DNA from: Phoronis australis
Taxonomy: Eukaryota; Animalia; Phoronida
Direction of reading: 5' to 3'
Length of the DNA stretch: 64,000 nt
NCBI GenBank assembly: GCA_002633005.1
Contig: NMRA01000014.1
Location: forward strand, 1,774,275 to 1,838,274
Shown here in pieces: positions 51,335-64,000 of this stretch. Each line of letters starts with the position of its first letter. Within the stretch, counting starts at the first letter, position 1. The notes beneath the pieces are model-generated. The model had not been told where the DNA came from, did not search any database, and saw nothing but the letters and a program-made list of their open reading frames with translations. The position numbers and the translations under genes are program-made.

Positions 51335-54300
51335 CACTGTGGATACAGGGTATAGTGATTAGCATAGTGGAGAGACAACAACAATGTCCCCAAAAACCCA
51401 CCTAGTCCTAAATGAAAACAAAACATTTTTGAAAATAACACCGATAATTGACCACCTTAAGTTTATCACATACCCACGCTCATTCATCTGACACCTGAAG
51501 GTGGCCAGAAAACTCCTAATAGGTTGATAATAATAGAAATAATGTTAGAAATGATGCCATTCATTGTTTGCACACTTAGCACTTAAATAAACTAAATTGT
51601 TGTGTGAACTATATCAAGTGCCTTCGATACAACTTTGACTTGACCTAATTATTGCTACATGAAGACTATAATTTCAATTTCCCTCGTCATTTTTTAAAAT
51701 AGAATACATCTTAATTTATGATGTCGTTCATGTATTTCCTGCACTGAGCAAATGTTTTATCCAGTAAAATGTTTAGAGCTAAGTTTGAGGAGAGATTATC
51801 TGTGTGGTGCATTCATCATGAGCCCCATATCAGATTATAGCTACAGACTGACTTCCTAGAAAAAATTGATTTTATGATCACCTGTAGGCTTGTCATAAGT
51901 TTCGCTTCCACTTGAAGTGATAGAATTCTCGGAATTTGTAGCTTGAGATTATGGGCTAGCTGAACATGCCAAACGAGGGAGTAAGATAAGATAACTGGAC
52001 TGGAATTTACAATCAGCAGTATACCACCAAGTACATGAGAAATGATATTTCATGAATCTCAATCATCGTAATTAAAAAAATACCAATGATACAAAGTCAT
52101 ACTCTGGGGCTTGGGCATACTTTTGCCATTGAATTGAAATACGGTATGTCCAATTTTCCACTAGCGACTTTAACCATATGCTATTTAAAAATTTATTGTT
52201 TTCGGAGACTTGTCTATCAGACATCGTGTTTTTTGATTTTGGCTCAACATTAAAGGTTGATTTAATCAGTTTCTTAAGACTAATATTTGGAAACTGTGCT
52301 GTTCAGAAAAATTGCTGCTAACATACAATATCTTTATTTGCGGGCTAGCATGTGTTACTCCGTGCACTTTCTGCAGCATGAAATGGAACAGCTAAAAAAA
52401 ATTGTGCGTGATATTGTAGATCACAACATCCCTTTTGAATTATTTTACATTGAAATTTTATTTAATTTGGGGTGTTGATTTCCCAGAGTAAATATTTACT
52501 GTGAATGTTAAGTCATACCCGGCTTCAATGTTTTGGTGATCGCTTCTATGGCTTCCTTACAGATTTAAGTAACTTCTCCTTTTTAACTCAAATAGAGAGG
52601 TGAACATGTTTAAGCAAGCTATTTTCAAAATGTTATGCCAGAGGGGCATACCGCTTTGAAAATCACGTGTTTCCTTGCCTGACAAAACTCGTGCAACAAT
52701 CCGTCAAACACGACAGAATCTTATAAGACATTATTCACCTTTTTTGACCTATTGACCTCCATTCAACCGAGTCAAAGCCAGGAGTAGCGTGGGGAGGACA
52801 AAGCAGTGTACTTAGAGTGTAACTTGCCGCCCACAATATCCAATGTCACTGAGAAGTCCATTTGAATTTCTTAGCTCCAGGAAAACAATTCAGGAATCAT
52901 TGCACACAAAATGGTGTAATCTGTACACTTGAATAAATGAGGTCAACATGAGGTCAACATGCTTGTAGTTTTGTCAATAGAAAATATGGAAATTAATGTT
53001 TTTTTATATTTTTTTAACTTTAGTACTGGTACTACAACTTACGAAAATAGCATCCAAGTTTACACACCCGAGAATATGCATCTTATTCAGCTAAGTTGCA
53101 CCAAAGACGCAAAAAAGCTATTTCAAGCAAATACTGAAAGTAATACCCAAACTTGCGATTCTTACTATGTGATGTCTAATCTAGTGCCACTTCAACACTT
53201 TAGCAAGTGTTGTTGTGTGACATTCGTAGAATACACGTCATACTTTTTATGCAGTGAGTCTTCAAAAATTAGAAAAATTACAGTTGTCTGCCATATTGTG
53301 AGCTAAAATGAATGAAAAATTCTGTATTCACCCGCAAACTAGCTGCAGAAGCTAGGAAGGCTATGCATGTTTTCTTCAATAAAAATTGACAGACTATCAA
53401 TGGCTTAAACTGCAGTTCTTGGAGAAATGGAAGATTCCCATTTATAAGATGTATGGAGTTGAAAATAATAGAAATTCCCAGTGATAGACTTCCAAAAGAA
53501 TCGTAGGAGCTGCTGAGAGTATATGACGAACGTGGCAGAACAACTTGGGCGACTCACATCAGACATTTCGTATGTAAATAATAGATTTGGATATGTTTGA
53601 GCTTAGCAAGGAGTAGGTGATAGAGGGATTTTTCTGTCTGAGTTTATACAAAGATTAAAGGATTGTGCCTTCCAAGAATTGGAAAGTAATGTCAATTTTA
53701 AAGGTAAATTACCTTTGCATGGAGACGCTTTCCAAGATTTCTGCACTGTGCAATACTTCGAGGTGATAGCAAATGCAAATCTTACTAGGAAATTTATAAC
53801 TAAAATTTGATACTCTAATCAATGTTTAGAAAACAAAGTAGGAGGGGTAAATTGATCGGGAATTGAGAAATTGTGTGATTTGTCAAAAGTTTGATGGTTT
53901 ACGAGTAACCTTATTCCTGGACTCAAAAAATGCTCACATTCTACATTTTAATTTAATTAAGTCAATGCGTCTCACAAAGGCTCAATCTGTCTAAATACCT
54001 GCAATATGCCTGGCAAACCAGAAAATTATGTTAAGTATAAATGATGGATGGTACACGTATATATCATTTATGCAAGCGTCTTTGTACTTTTATGTATTTC
54101 AATATTATTGTCTGAGGACTTCAAGTTCAATAAAGTTGTTTAGCTGTATTCACTCACACACTACCAGTCATTGGTTGTCAACAGAACGAGCCAAAACAAA
54201 GCGCACATATGAACAAATATAACTGATGGTTTTCAAAGATGGCGATGCAAACCTTTATGTAACCTATTTTGACAAATACTTATACCTTTGCATGAACTTG

Positions 54301-57288
54301 CTTTTAATGTGTGGCGATAAGTTACAAGTGGATAGACCTAAGATTTGGAAAAACTAGAAATATAAAAACATAAAAAACATCGTAACATACGAATCGCATT
54401 AAAGTAAATAGAATAATAGCACAGGAAATAAGCTGCGGAAGGCGCACAAAGTTCTAGAGACTTATTTACACTATGGTATAATTAATTCAAAGCTTTGAAT
54501 GTGCTCACTCAAAAGCAGCCTTATCATGGTCTCCTTACAAAATGACAGTAGACAATGTAACCGCGTGGTCTTCCGCTTAAATGTAAATACCAACACATAC
54601 CACAAACGGCTTCGATTGTACGGGTTTCATTGACAACATTTTTTTTCACATAATCCCGCTACAAAGACGAAACATTTTCATAAAGTCTTTGGTAAACAAA
54701 TTCCAGGTCATAGGTGGGGTAAAAAAGAACTCTGTTATGTAGCCACAACGTATAAACCCCACGGCAATTACACAAGACATACTTTTTGAAATGTTCTTTA
54801 ACACCAATAGGGTCGCTTAAAGACGAAACCACACTGAGATTGTTGCATCGAAGTTGTGTTGCAGCCTGGTTCATATCCACAAACGACACAATAAAAAGTC
54901 GTTCTTCTTTACACGAGGACATGAAATCATGAAATTTGCTGATTAAATTTCATATCACTATTGAGAGCACACTGATGGGAAAATCAGCCAACCTTATCCA
55001 TTATAATTTTGACACTACTTTTATTTGCCAGTGCCTCGGATCGCCTGCATGATAAAATCATTTTTAACACGGCATGGAAAGGTTCTAAAAACACCTTCTT
55101 GAATAGGCCAAAAACCCTAGGTGGCTCGTCCTTTTTTTCGAAAATCGAGTCAGTGATGTGCTATTTTTAATTGCTCCATTTTTCAAAAAAGAAAATCCAC
55201 CTGAGGGGAGAAAAAATTATGTAGGAATGGGATTTGTTTTTGCTCATCGCTTGGCAAATCGTGGCGTTTCAAAGCTTGCTTACCTTTCCTTCCGTGGCTT
55301 TGTGCAGCTTCTCAAAAAACATCAAACCTTTGCTGATTAAAAGGTGATGTGGACGGCCTTTTTGGGTGAGTGCAGGTCTCAAAATGAGTTGGATACAGAT
55401 CTGAACTAACTTTTGTCTGATCTGATTTAAATTGCCTTTGTGGTGAGTAAGAAGCAATGCTTGTGATGAATGCTGGAGTGGCATTGAATACCAAGTCATG
55501 GCTGGTGTAAACTTTCAGAGCAAAGATAAGTCACAGCTCCTGTACTTGGTTAAAATAATGACTGTATTCTCATGCAAAAGACACGCCTGTGTGCACGAAC
55601 TGATCTCAATCAAAACCTGCATGTGAATTCATACACGTGTGTCCACTCATAAAATGGCAAAAATTTGCTAGGAACATGTTTGCAATGAAGTTCAGATGGA
55701 TCAAACATGCTTAGCATATTCCCGCATGTTTTTAGGAAGTGAATTCACACCAATTTCTCTGTTGTTGCCAATAAAATACTACGCTTTCTGATATTCACAA
55801 TGCTGGTCATTGCTTGCTTAAAATCACGCGACTGTGAAGAAGAGGCAAAGAACAGACGGAAAGAAAACCACCAGCGAGACACAAACAAACCACACATCAC
55901 TTTCATTGATGACATGTGTAGAATACGACAATAGTCAGAATAGCGCAATGACAGCAGCTTTTCAATGTTAAATATCAAACTGATCAGCCTAACTTCAGGT
56001 GAATGTTCAAATCTGTTTTCAAACTTTGTTACGCATAGGGCCAGAAATTTGAGAAATGTGATAAAAGCAAAGGTCACCAATGTCCCAAATTTCAGAATTG
56101 GGTAAATTCGAATTCAGTTCGGATTTTGGTGTCCAAAATTTAGAGACTATCCAAAATGGAAGCATTTTTCCATAGCACATCACATTCCAGAATTCACATC
56201 TAGTGTGTTCAATCGCTACTGGTGCGAATCAACTTGCAAGTTTTCAAGCTGTCAACTGTAAGTTACACGATCACTTAAAGTGGAATTGGACTATATGAAT
56301 TAAGGCAATTATTTTGTTTACATTTTTGAGGTGCAGAAAGTGGCCTTTAACAATGTATCCTACATTATTATAAAGCAGCAAACCAGTTTCACAAAAGAAA
56401 TAAACAAATTTTGATTTAGACTTTTTATAGCTATCCAATTCAGCTGGAAGGTGGCTTCAGGACATACATTTTATCATTGTTTGACATAACAAATCGGCAG
56501 ATAAAAAACCAGTTGCAACAAAACCACTTGAACAGCTTGGTTTGGGGCGATCATGAATTGTCAGCTCTTTCCAAGCCCAGAATCACCTTTAATTTTAAAG
56601 AGCAGGGCTTGGAATGACCATTGATAAAAAAGAGGAAAATTTTCCAGGTGATGTGTCGTTTCACAAACAAATAGGCTTGGGTGATAGAAATATTTTTTGT
56701 GTTGAAAAATTTAACAGAAATAAACGTTTTTCCATGAACATAGTCAAACTGAAGATAAAAAAGAGACAAAAAAGGAACAGGAAATCAAATAAGAGGAAAT
56801 TGAAACCAAATAGAGAAAATCATCTTAAAAGAGGAAATTTCCAAGCCTTGAAAGAGGAATGTTTTGAAACCAATTTTGTTAGGATAACTAGTCTAAATTG
56901 AAAGTTAATCTTTGTGACTGAAGGTGAGTTATTTTATAGCCACTTTAAATGCTCTTGCTTTATACCCTACAATGAACAGACACCATGACACTGACCTATA
57001 TGCACTATCATTACAATCAAAGTGCCTGATACCGCAATGCATGAACTAAAAAAACCTCGTCAGTGTCTGAAGCAACTCACCGCACGACAGAAATGAAGTG
57101 TCACACCCATTAGGAAGAGACGGAAAAGACCAAATGATTTACTGTTTCCATTGACCTTGTTACTCGGGGGCTGAGGCCTTATATGACACCTACATATTTC
57201 TATTCAAACTTTTAATGTGAAGCTGAAAGTCGGTCACAAAAACACTGTGCAATAGTTGCTATAATGACTATTATCATTGGTAAGTTCA

Positions 57289-57291
<3 letters not shown>

Positions 57292-57333
<42 letters not shown>
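57292..57333. repeat. (TTA)n/(TTATCA)n microsatellite
   Basis: Directly visible. Confidence 0.95.
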
Positions 57334-57878
57334 CTTGTGTTATTACAGACATGCAGCATATGTGTGCTGCACATTTCATAATATGTTTTATCATGATTAA
57401 ACAGAAAATATTCACCGTCTATTACAGAAACTGGCACATAGACGGTACATAACTTACATGGCTGTCTCATGTATGCGCAGCAGGACTTAAATAAATTTTT
57501 GTTATTGTTACTAACCCTACAGTAGCATTAGGGTTCTTTTCTCATTTCATAATATGTCATTTGTCATACTTCCTCACCATATCCTCACCAATTTCATGTA
57601 ACTGGTGCTATTCATGTGTTATGACAGAATGTAGTCTTCAATAGTCCATGTTGGCCAGATGCATTTCTGTTACCGTGGCAACACAGTCAGTTTCAATGTT
57701 ACTGTAGTGTCCTTGGGTTGGATACTGTACCCTCGTTTTACAACAGGGTTTGAACAAAAGAGGGCGTTTTTGGAATACAGTGGTCTCAATAATGGTTATT
57801 TTTAGAAAAAAAGAACATAAATTATGAAAATTGCAAGTAATTATCCTGTTCCTTCAACAGTCCTTGAATGACACTAAC

Positions 57879-57994
57879 CTGGGCTTTCTCCCTTCATAAC
57901 CTGGTCCGTGCCAGTTTTAGTCTCCTGTCCAATTTCTTCACTCTCCTCCTCAGGGATAGGAGTGATGCTGTACCGAGACTGGAAGGGTGAAGCC
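57879..57994 (-). CDS. Internal coding exon (116 nt, phase 2 to 1) of the uncharacterised gene
   Basis: TTCCAG|...|GTTAGT; encodes (Q)ASPFQSRYSITPIPEEESEEIGQETKTGTDQVMKGESP. Confidence 0.75.
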
Positions 57995-58521
57995 CTGGAA
58001 CATGTATTAAAGTGTGAAAGGACAATGACATCTTTTACATGTATCTCCACTCTGAATCAAATTTGATTGTCAGAGGTATCTATGCAACTGGGATCTCCAT
58101 TGGACTGATGTACAACCTCCAGTAAAAAGTGTGTGGAATGGTATCACCAGGACATGAACTAAAGGAGTGCGTCATTACTGTGTATTATAAGTGTTTATAA
58201 ACAATGACAACTTAAGGTCAATATTTCTGGTCATAAGAGCTGGGGGAGGCATGGAAAAATTCTGCAACAACTTTGCGTGTCGGAGAGGCGTGCGTGTACT
58301 ATGAACTTTGTGCACGTCACAAAACCGACCATATGAAGGTGAAGAGCAGATTGTGTGAATGAGAGCGTGTTTGCTTTATTTTACAGCATCATGTCAATAA
58401 TTTCACATTTGCCTTTCAAATTTGAGAGAAATAGTTCTTGTATACAAAAAATAGATGACCTATTCAATTGTTCTTTGTCAATAGACTGAGATGACATTAT
58501 TAAAAATGTGATAGGACTGAC

Positions 58522-58680
58522 CAGTGGCGGATTTAGAGGGAGGCCATGGCCCCCTTTTAAATTATCCAAGATTCCATTTGACAATTCGGAGGTGCAAATC
58601 TCTGACGGGCAAAATCCTGGCTTACCTAGTACTCTTCCCTGCCACCCTCCCCCCAACTCAAAATCCTGGATCCGCCCTTG
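58522..58680 (-). mobile_element. MITE family A (hAT5-like), reverse orientation, intronic
   Basis: CAGTGGCGGATT...GGATCCGCCCTTG with exact TSD CTGAC/CTGAC. Confidence 0.85.
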
Positions 58681-58945
58681 CTGACTGGCACATTTAATTA
58701 AACCTACTTTGACCTTCTGAGATGCAACAGTTGACATACACAAGTCCTGTTGATGGAGCATGGCTTTAAATCCCGACTGGGTGCTGGTTACATTGGCGGG
58801 CGTACTGATCTTAGTTGATGATGCAACAGTTTGAGTCAGGATGATGATAGTCTTCTACCATCCAATTGAGAACAAAAATGTGACGAGTAAGCCAGCTATA
58901 AAACTTACGACTACAAGTCCTCAATCCTCCTTCCCCATAACAATC

Positions 58946-60584
58946 ACCATGGGCAGATTTAGGGGAACCCAAGGGTCCATCCCCCAATCTCATGAACACA
59001 GCCAGAAAATCCGTTGGCGTTCATTTACAACCTATGCGACAGTCTTGTGTTGATAACTGAGGTTGGACTCCTTTCTCATAACATCCTAGATCTCCCAGGG
59101 GGTGCTGAAAAGATGGCGACTCCCACTGTTCCATTCACACTTTGTGAACTTCAAAGCCGCACCGAATAGGGAGGTGGAGCCCAAAGCTGCATTCTATACC
59201 TACTGAATTTGAAGGTGCACTGCATAAGCCCATGTAATAGCCATATCTTGTAAACCTCAAAGGGGCATGGAATAAGCTGTCAATGCAGCATGAGGGGTCT
59301 GAAGGGGCACTGGGTAGGTATGTGGTGCACAAAGCAGAGTCCACATCCTCTAGGCTCCGCATGGTACTAAATAGGCAGGTGACACTCAAGAGTGCAAGCA
59401 AATATCTTGTGGATCTTAAAGGGGCACAGAATAGGCGGACAACTGTTCATTTCTCACATGGCCAGGAATGTGTTACGACACGACTGGTTAATAACACTGG
59501 GTACGTAATTTTTTGATATTACATGGGTGAATCATAAAGTAATGCAAAGTAGACGTTTTATTGTCTGCAAAACACTAAAACAACCAAACGCGCGCAAACC
59601 AAACAATGCCGGAATTCCAAGGTGACAAGGCTATGACTGACAAATCGGGTGTCCCAAATGTACGTGCTCCCAGTCGGAAGGACATGCAAACAACTTCTTA
59701 AACGGACCCATCTGCGGTGGCGAATTCCATATCCACGTTCATTCAAATGGAAACGAGCCCCAACNACCATGGGCAGATTTAGGGGAACCCAAGGGTCCAT
59801 CCCCCAATCTCATGAACACGGCCAGAAAATCCGTTGGCGTTCATTTACAACCTACGCGACAGTCTTGTGTTGTTAACTGAGGTTGGACTCCCTTCTCATA
59901 ACATCCTAAATCTCCCAGGGGTTGCTGAAAAGATGGCGACTCCCACTGTTCCATTCACACTTTGTGAACTTCAAAGCGGCACCGAATAGGGAGGTGGAGC
60001 CCAAAGCTGCATTCTATACTTACGGAATTTGAAGGGGCACTGCGTAAGCCCATGTAATAGCCATATCTTGTAAACTTCAAAGGGGCATGGAATAAGCTGT
60101 CAATGTAGCATGAGGGGTCTGAAGGGGCACTGGGTAGGTATGTGGTGCACAAAGCAGAGTCCACATCCTCTAGGCTCCGCAAGGTACTAAATAGGCAGGT
60201 GACACTCAAGAGTGCAAGCAAATATCTTGTGGATCTTAAAGGGGCACAGAATAGGCGGACAACTGTTCATTTCTCACATGGCCTGGAATGTGTTACGACA
60301 CGACTGGTTAATAACACTGGGTACGTAATTTTTTGATATTACATGGGTGAATCATAAAGTAATGCAAAGTAGACGTTTTATTGTCTGCAAAACACTAAAA
60401 CAACCAAACGCGCGCAAACCAAACAATGCCGGAATTCCAAGGTGACAAGGCTATGACTGACAAATCGGGTGTCCCAAATGTACGTGCTCCCAGTCGGAAG
60501 GACATGCAAACAACTTCTTAAACGGACCCATCTGCGGTGGCGAATTCCATATCCACGTTCATTCAAATGGAAACGAGCCCCAAC
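58946..60584 (+). repeat. 819-bp near-identical tandem duplication joined by a single N (likely allelic assembly artefact)
   Basis: 58946-59764 and 59766-60584 have the same length and differ by about 15 substitutions counted by eye. There is an N at 59765. Confidence 0.9.
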
Positions 60585-62510
60585 TCAAGAAACGTGGCAA
60601 GACTGTCTAGCTGTGCTGTCTCAAGGTCAATTCAGTGCTCACCCATGGGGAAGCCTTGCTGATTTTTTAATAAGTTTTAATATTACAACATTACTTCAAT
60701 GACCATTTATTAGATTCTAACTTGAATACTTGCTACGAACACTGAATGCAATTTACAGTCGTTAAGTTTAAAATACAACTTAACAAATAGTACCTTAATT
60801 ACTTTACATTGCACTAGAGCGTGTTTTTACAAAAGTTGCGTCGTGTAGTCGAAAATTTTTGACACGTCGAGTTTTTCAACAAATAAGATTGTTTTTACAG
60901 TTCATGCGAGCCTCGGGATTTTGACGAAATTTCCAAGAGGTTTTGCCCATGTCATAAACCTGAGACGAGTGTAGGATTCTATATACATATATCTTGCATC
61001 AGACCCAAGGCTCAGAACTCACCAAAGAATCTTGATGTGACCTCTGTACACTAAAACCACATACGACATAGGCATCATTACCTGACTAGTGCATTGCAGC
61101 CAGCCCCAGAAAACCGTATGCCTAAAATGCCCTACACCCAATTCCCCACACAAAAAAGGGACACATATTCACTTGTAAGTAATACCAAACAAAGAGTGTT
61201 AATCAGTGCAAGCCTGAGGAACATCAATCAAATACAGATTTCATCAGCCAAATGCCACACCAACATAGTCAGACAATGACAAAGTGGTCTGTGTTGGCTA
61301 TGTCCTAGATAGAGATTGGCTATTTGTCAACAACAATGCAGCTTCCAAAGAATGACATTGTAATAGCTTGGTAAAATGCAATGACATCACTTAATTCAAA
61401 GCCAGTTGCCACAGTTTGCTGACTTGTGGATAAACTGAAGGATTCCATGTCAAAACGAACCAGTCCTATAGTCGCACATGTCCATGAGCGGACTCCAGAA
61501 AAGATTTTAAGCTTGCATCTTTTGTGCGCTTGCGGTTTAAAGTACACACACATTAATTCCGCAGCCTGGGTTTGGTTTTGTCAAGACGTACACTCTCGTT
61601 TCATTTGAAACGTTTATCTCCCATGAGTCCCATGGGTACGTGAAATGGAGGTCGAACTAGCTAAATAGCGGCAAAACAAAACCAAATAAATGTCGCCTAT
61701 AGTTTGTTTTCATAATGTCTTCGCATTAGAATGAGCTGCACCAAAGCCACTGTGAAATGGATTAGTTCATTTCAAATAGGTAGAGCTAATTGCTAGTTCG
61801 ACAAATATAAAAGCTGATAACAAACCAGTGTTCCGTGAAGGTAAAACAAGTTACCATCACTTACAGCCATTAAAACGTGTCCCTTACTTAGATATCACCA
61901 ACAATCATTCCATACTGCAAGAGACTATGCATGGCACATAAATAATGCATCATGACAACCACGGATCTAAGGCTTCTGTTCAATTCTGAGCTGGTGAACC
62001 GTTACGTTGGCCTTAGGAGGTTTGTCTAGTATGTTTTGTTTGCCACTTATAGATTAGAATTAGAGTTAATACATCATTCTTTAAACTTCAACATTACCAA
62101 AGACATGGCAACAAGTGTGGACTACCACTCCACATACTCATCTGTGGCTAATAAGATACACAGTCCCCAATGCAGAAATCTAGAATGTTCATTTTGACAA
62201 AGCCGAGAATCCAAATTGAGTCATCGGAGTGACAGGTGTATGTCTTAACCACAGCAAAACAGGATTGATAACACCAGAAGCATGCTTGTTATAATTTTAG
62301 GGTGTCTGTACAACAAACCATATTAGGATGTGGACACCCATCACTGATTTCGAATTTATCTCTAGTTTTAGAGGCTGTCATTCAAGGAAAGAACATAAGC
62401 CCACAGTCAAACAGTTGAAAATAAAAACAGTGAAAACTCAGTGATTTGAGGTAATTCTACACGTCACATTCAAGTGGAATTCAAGGAAAAAACAACGCAA
62501 CTAAACTCAC

Positions 62511-62661
62511 TGAACATTGAGTGACTTTGTTTTCTTCGATGGCAGATCGACATCAGACTCTGGGGTTCGGGGCCTCTTTCTGGAGCTAGCTTGGCGCTTG
62601 AAATCGCTAAAAGTCATAATTCTGTACAGGTCGCCTTGGCCTTTTGCTAGCTGCTTCAGTA
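62511..62661 (-). CDS. Internal coding exon (151 nt, phase 1 to 2) of the uncharacterised gene
   Basis: CATTTCAG|...|GTGAGT; encodes (L)LKQLAKGQGDLYRIMTFSDFKRQASSRKRPRTPESDVDLPSKKTKSLNV, which includes NLS-like RKRPR...KKTK. Confidence 0.8.
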
Positions 62662-62903
62662 CTGAAATGATATTGCACTGCGACATGAATCAGCTTCATA
62701 CTTTTTGCTAAGCTCATATTAGGTTGCTATCTCACTGTGTCACAAAGCAATTACGCCACCTTACCAGATTTTTACTGGTCACTTATATCTGACATCATGA
62801 CTTCAAGCATTATTAAAATGGACTTTGAGAAAAATAAATTAAAAGCTTCTAATAGGAAATTTTGGTCTAGTTCGTGTCTGTTTTGTCCATGAAAATACCT
62901 TAC

Positions 62904-62970
62904 AAGAATAAATTTCGAAAGCATCTTCTTGAACTTGAACGTATGCTATTTCAGCTTCATTTTTTAATAT
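62904..62970 (-). CDS. Internal coding exon (67 nt, phase 0 to 1) of the uncharacterised gene
   Basis: AATTCAG|...|GTAAGG; encodes ILKNEAEIAYVQVQEDAFEIYS and bridges the phases of the neighbouring exons. Confidence 0.75.
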
Positions 62971-63786
62971 CTGAATTCAACACATGCTCTGCCCTCTATT
63001 GACAACAAAGTAAACCAGAACCCCCTGGTGGGAGGATTCAGAACTGTGAATGGAATAGACTATGAAGCACAAACAACAATATCCATGGTTTCTTGTTATC
63101 TATGTCATTGACAAGAACCAACACAATGCCCTCAAGAAGAAGCATCAAAACCACAATCTATGGTCAATGTACAGTCCAGTATTGTACGGCTCAGAAAAAC
63201 TTTTGTTACAGATGGTATCTATCAGAACTTTTATACTTTCAGCTACAAATGCAACATAGAAAGAAGCGCATTAGTTTCAACAATTCACAGGATATAAAAT
63301 CAGCACTCGTATGTCTTCGATATCACGGAAAACTGAAAATTCACCAAAACTGCAATAAGAACTCACGTCCTTGCATATGTACGACAAGAAAATAACCACC
63401 AACATATATTACAGGGTTACTAGAAACCTTTCTCTTTCACATATCCCAGTTGTACCCAGTGATAGGTAAAGTTTTAACACTTACATAGTACCGAGTACAC
63501 GCTTTTTTCATGCCTGACGTCAGATAACGAAATGAATTAGTTATAATGAGGAAAGGAATGGGATGTAGATAAGAGAATATTACAATGCAGAGCTTGTGAG
63601 ACAAGAATTGTGTTGATGAAAAAGTAACATAATGGAAACACTCTGGCAATCTAATAATATATGAGGAAGGAATATTGTCCATTGACGTGTGTGAATCAAA
63701 TGACTTCCGTTCTGATCACAGTTCAGTGCTCGCCTGTTATGATCATAGTCTAATATTCATAGGTACTAAACAACTTGTGCGCATAC

Positions 63787-63847
63787 AGTCAAGCCGTGTT
63801 TGTGCACGTACAGCCACATCCCACCTTGACGAACCTCCTGAGCCTTT
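63787..63847 (-). CDS. Internal coding exon (61 nt, phase 2 to 0) of the uncharacterised gene; upstream exons lie beyond the window
   Basis: CATTTTAG|...|GTATGC; encodes KAQEVRQGGMWLYVHKHGLT. Confidence 0.7.
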
Positions 63848-64000
63848 CTAAAATGTTTATTGGAACCGAAGTTCGCTTAACTAAATCAATACAGTAGAGT
63901 TGACTTGTAAAATGGGGGATTTTAAGAAAGAAGACATTGCACATGAGATGATGTAACACGGTTCCACTACAGTGTATACTGGCACTGGTAATAGTCACTT

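Noticed and set aside
55284-55332. Exon-like segment with good splice sites on the minus strand
   Set aside because: It is open only in phases that do not fit the flanking phase-1 junction; phase 1 hits a stop.
57212-57470. Poly-Ile / poly-Asn ORFs
   Set aside because: These are translations of the (TTA)n microsatellite.
58708-58855. Open minus-strand frame KTIIILTQTVASS...QKVK as an extra exon
   Set aside because: The acceptor is weak, and no good donor gives the phase 2 needed to join exon 57879-57994.
1-64000. tRNA, rRNA, homeobox or conserved miRNA (e.g. miR-10, let-7) genes
   Set aside because: None was recognised by eye; covariance-model searches (tRNAscan-SE, Infernal) would be needed to exclude them formally.

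Overview
This is AT-rich eukaryotic (invertebrate animal-like) genomic DNA from a draft assembly, with three N-gaps and one probable haplotype false duplication. It is not prokaryotic, and most short ORFs in the track are spurious. Supported content: (1) the 3' part of an intact spliced minus-strand gene, with five phase-compatible GT-AG exons from 63847 down to a stop at 48884, family unidentified; (2) a decayed minus-strand gene ending in a frameshifted protein kinase domain (about 3.8-4.3 kb), with further eroded coding blocks up to about 12.7 kb; (3) an internally deleted Kolobok DNA transposon (9051-10690) holding convergent THAP and KolX/P2X7-ballast-like remnants; (4) a truncated DNA element with inverted subterminal 13-mer arrays and decayed C2H2 zinc fingers; (5) many MITEs, including two families with CA...TG termini and 5-bp TSDs, and one TIR element with an unusually long 13-15 bp flanking duplication; (6) a strong excess of the TACATGTA palindrome. 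No rRNA, tRNA or CRISPR array was recognised. All calls come from reading the sequence by eye; no database searches were run.
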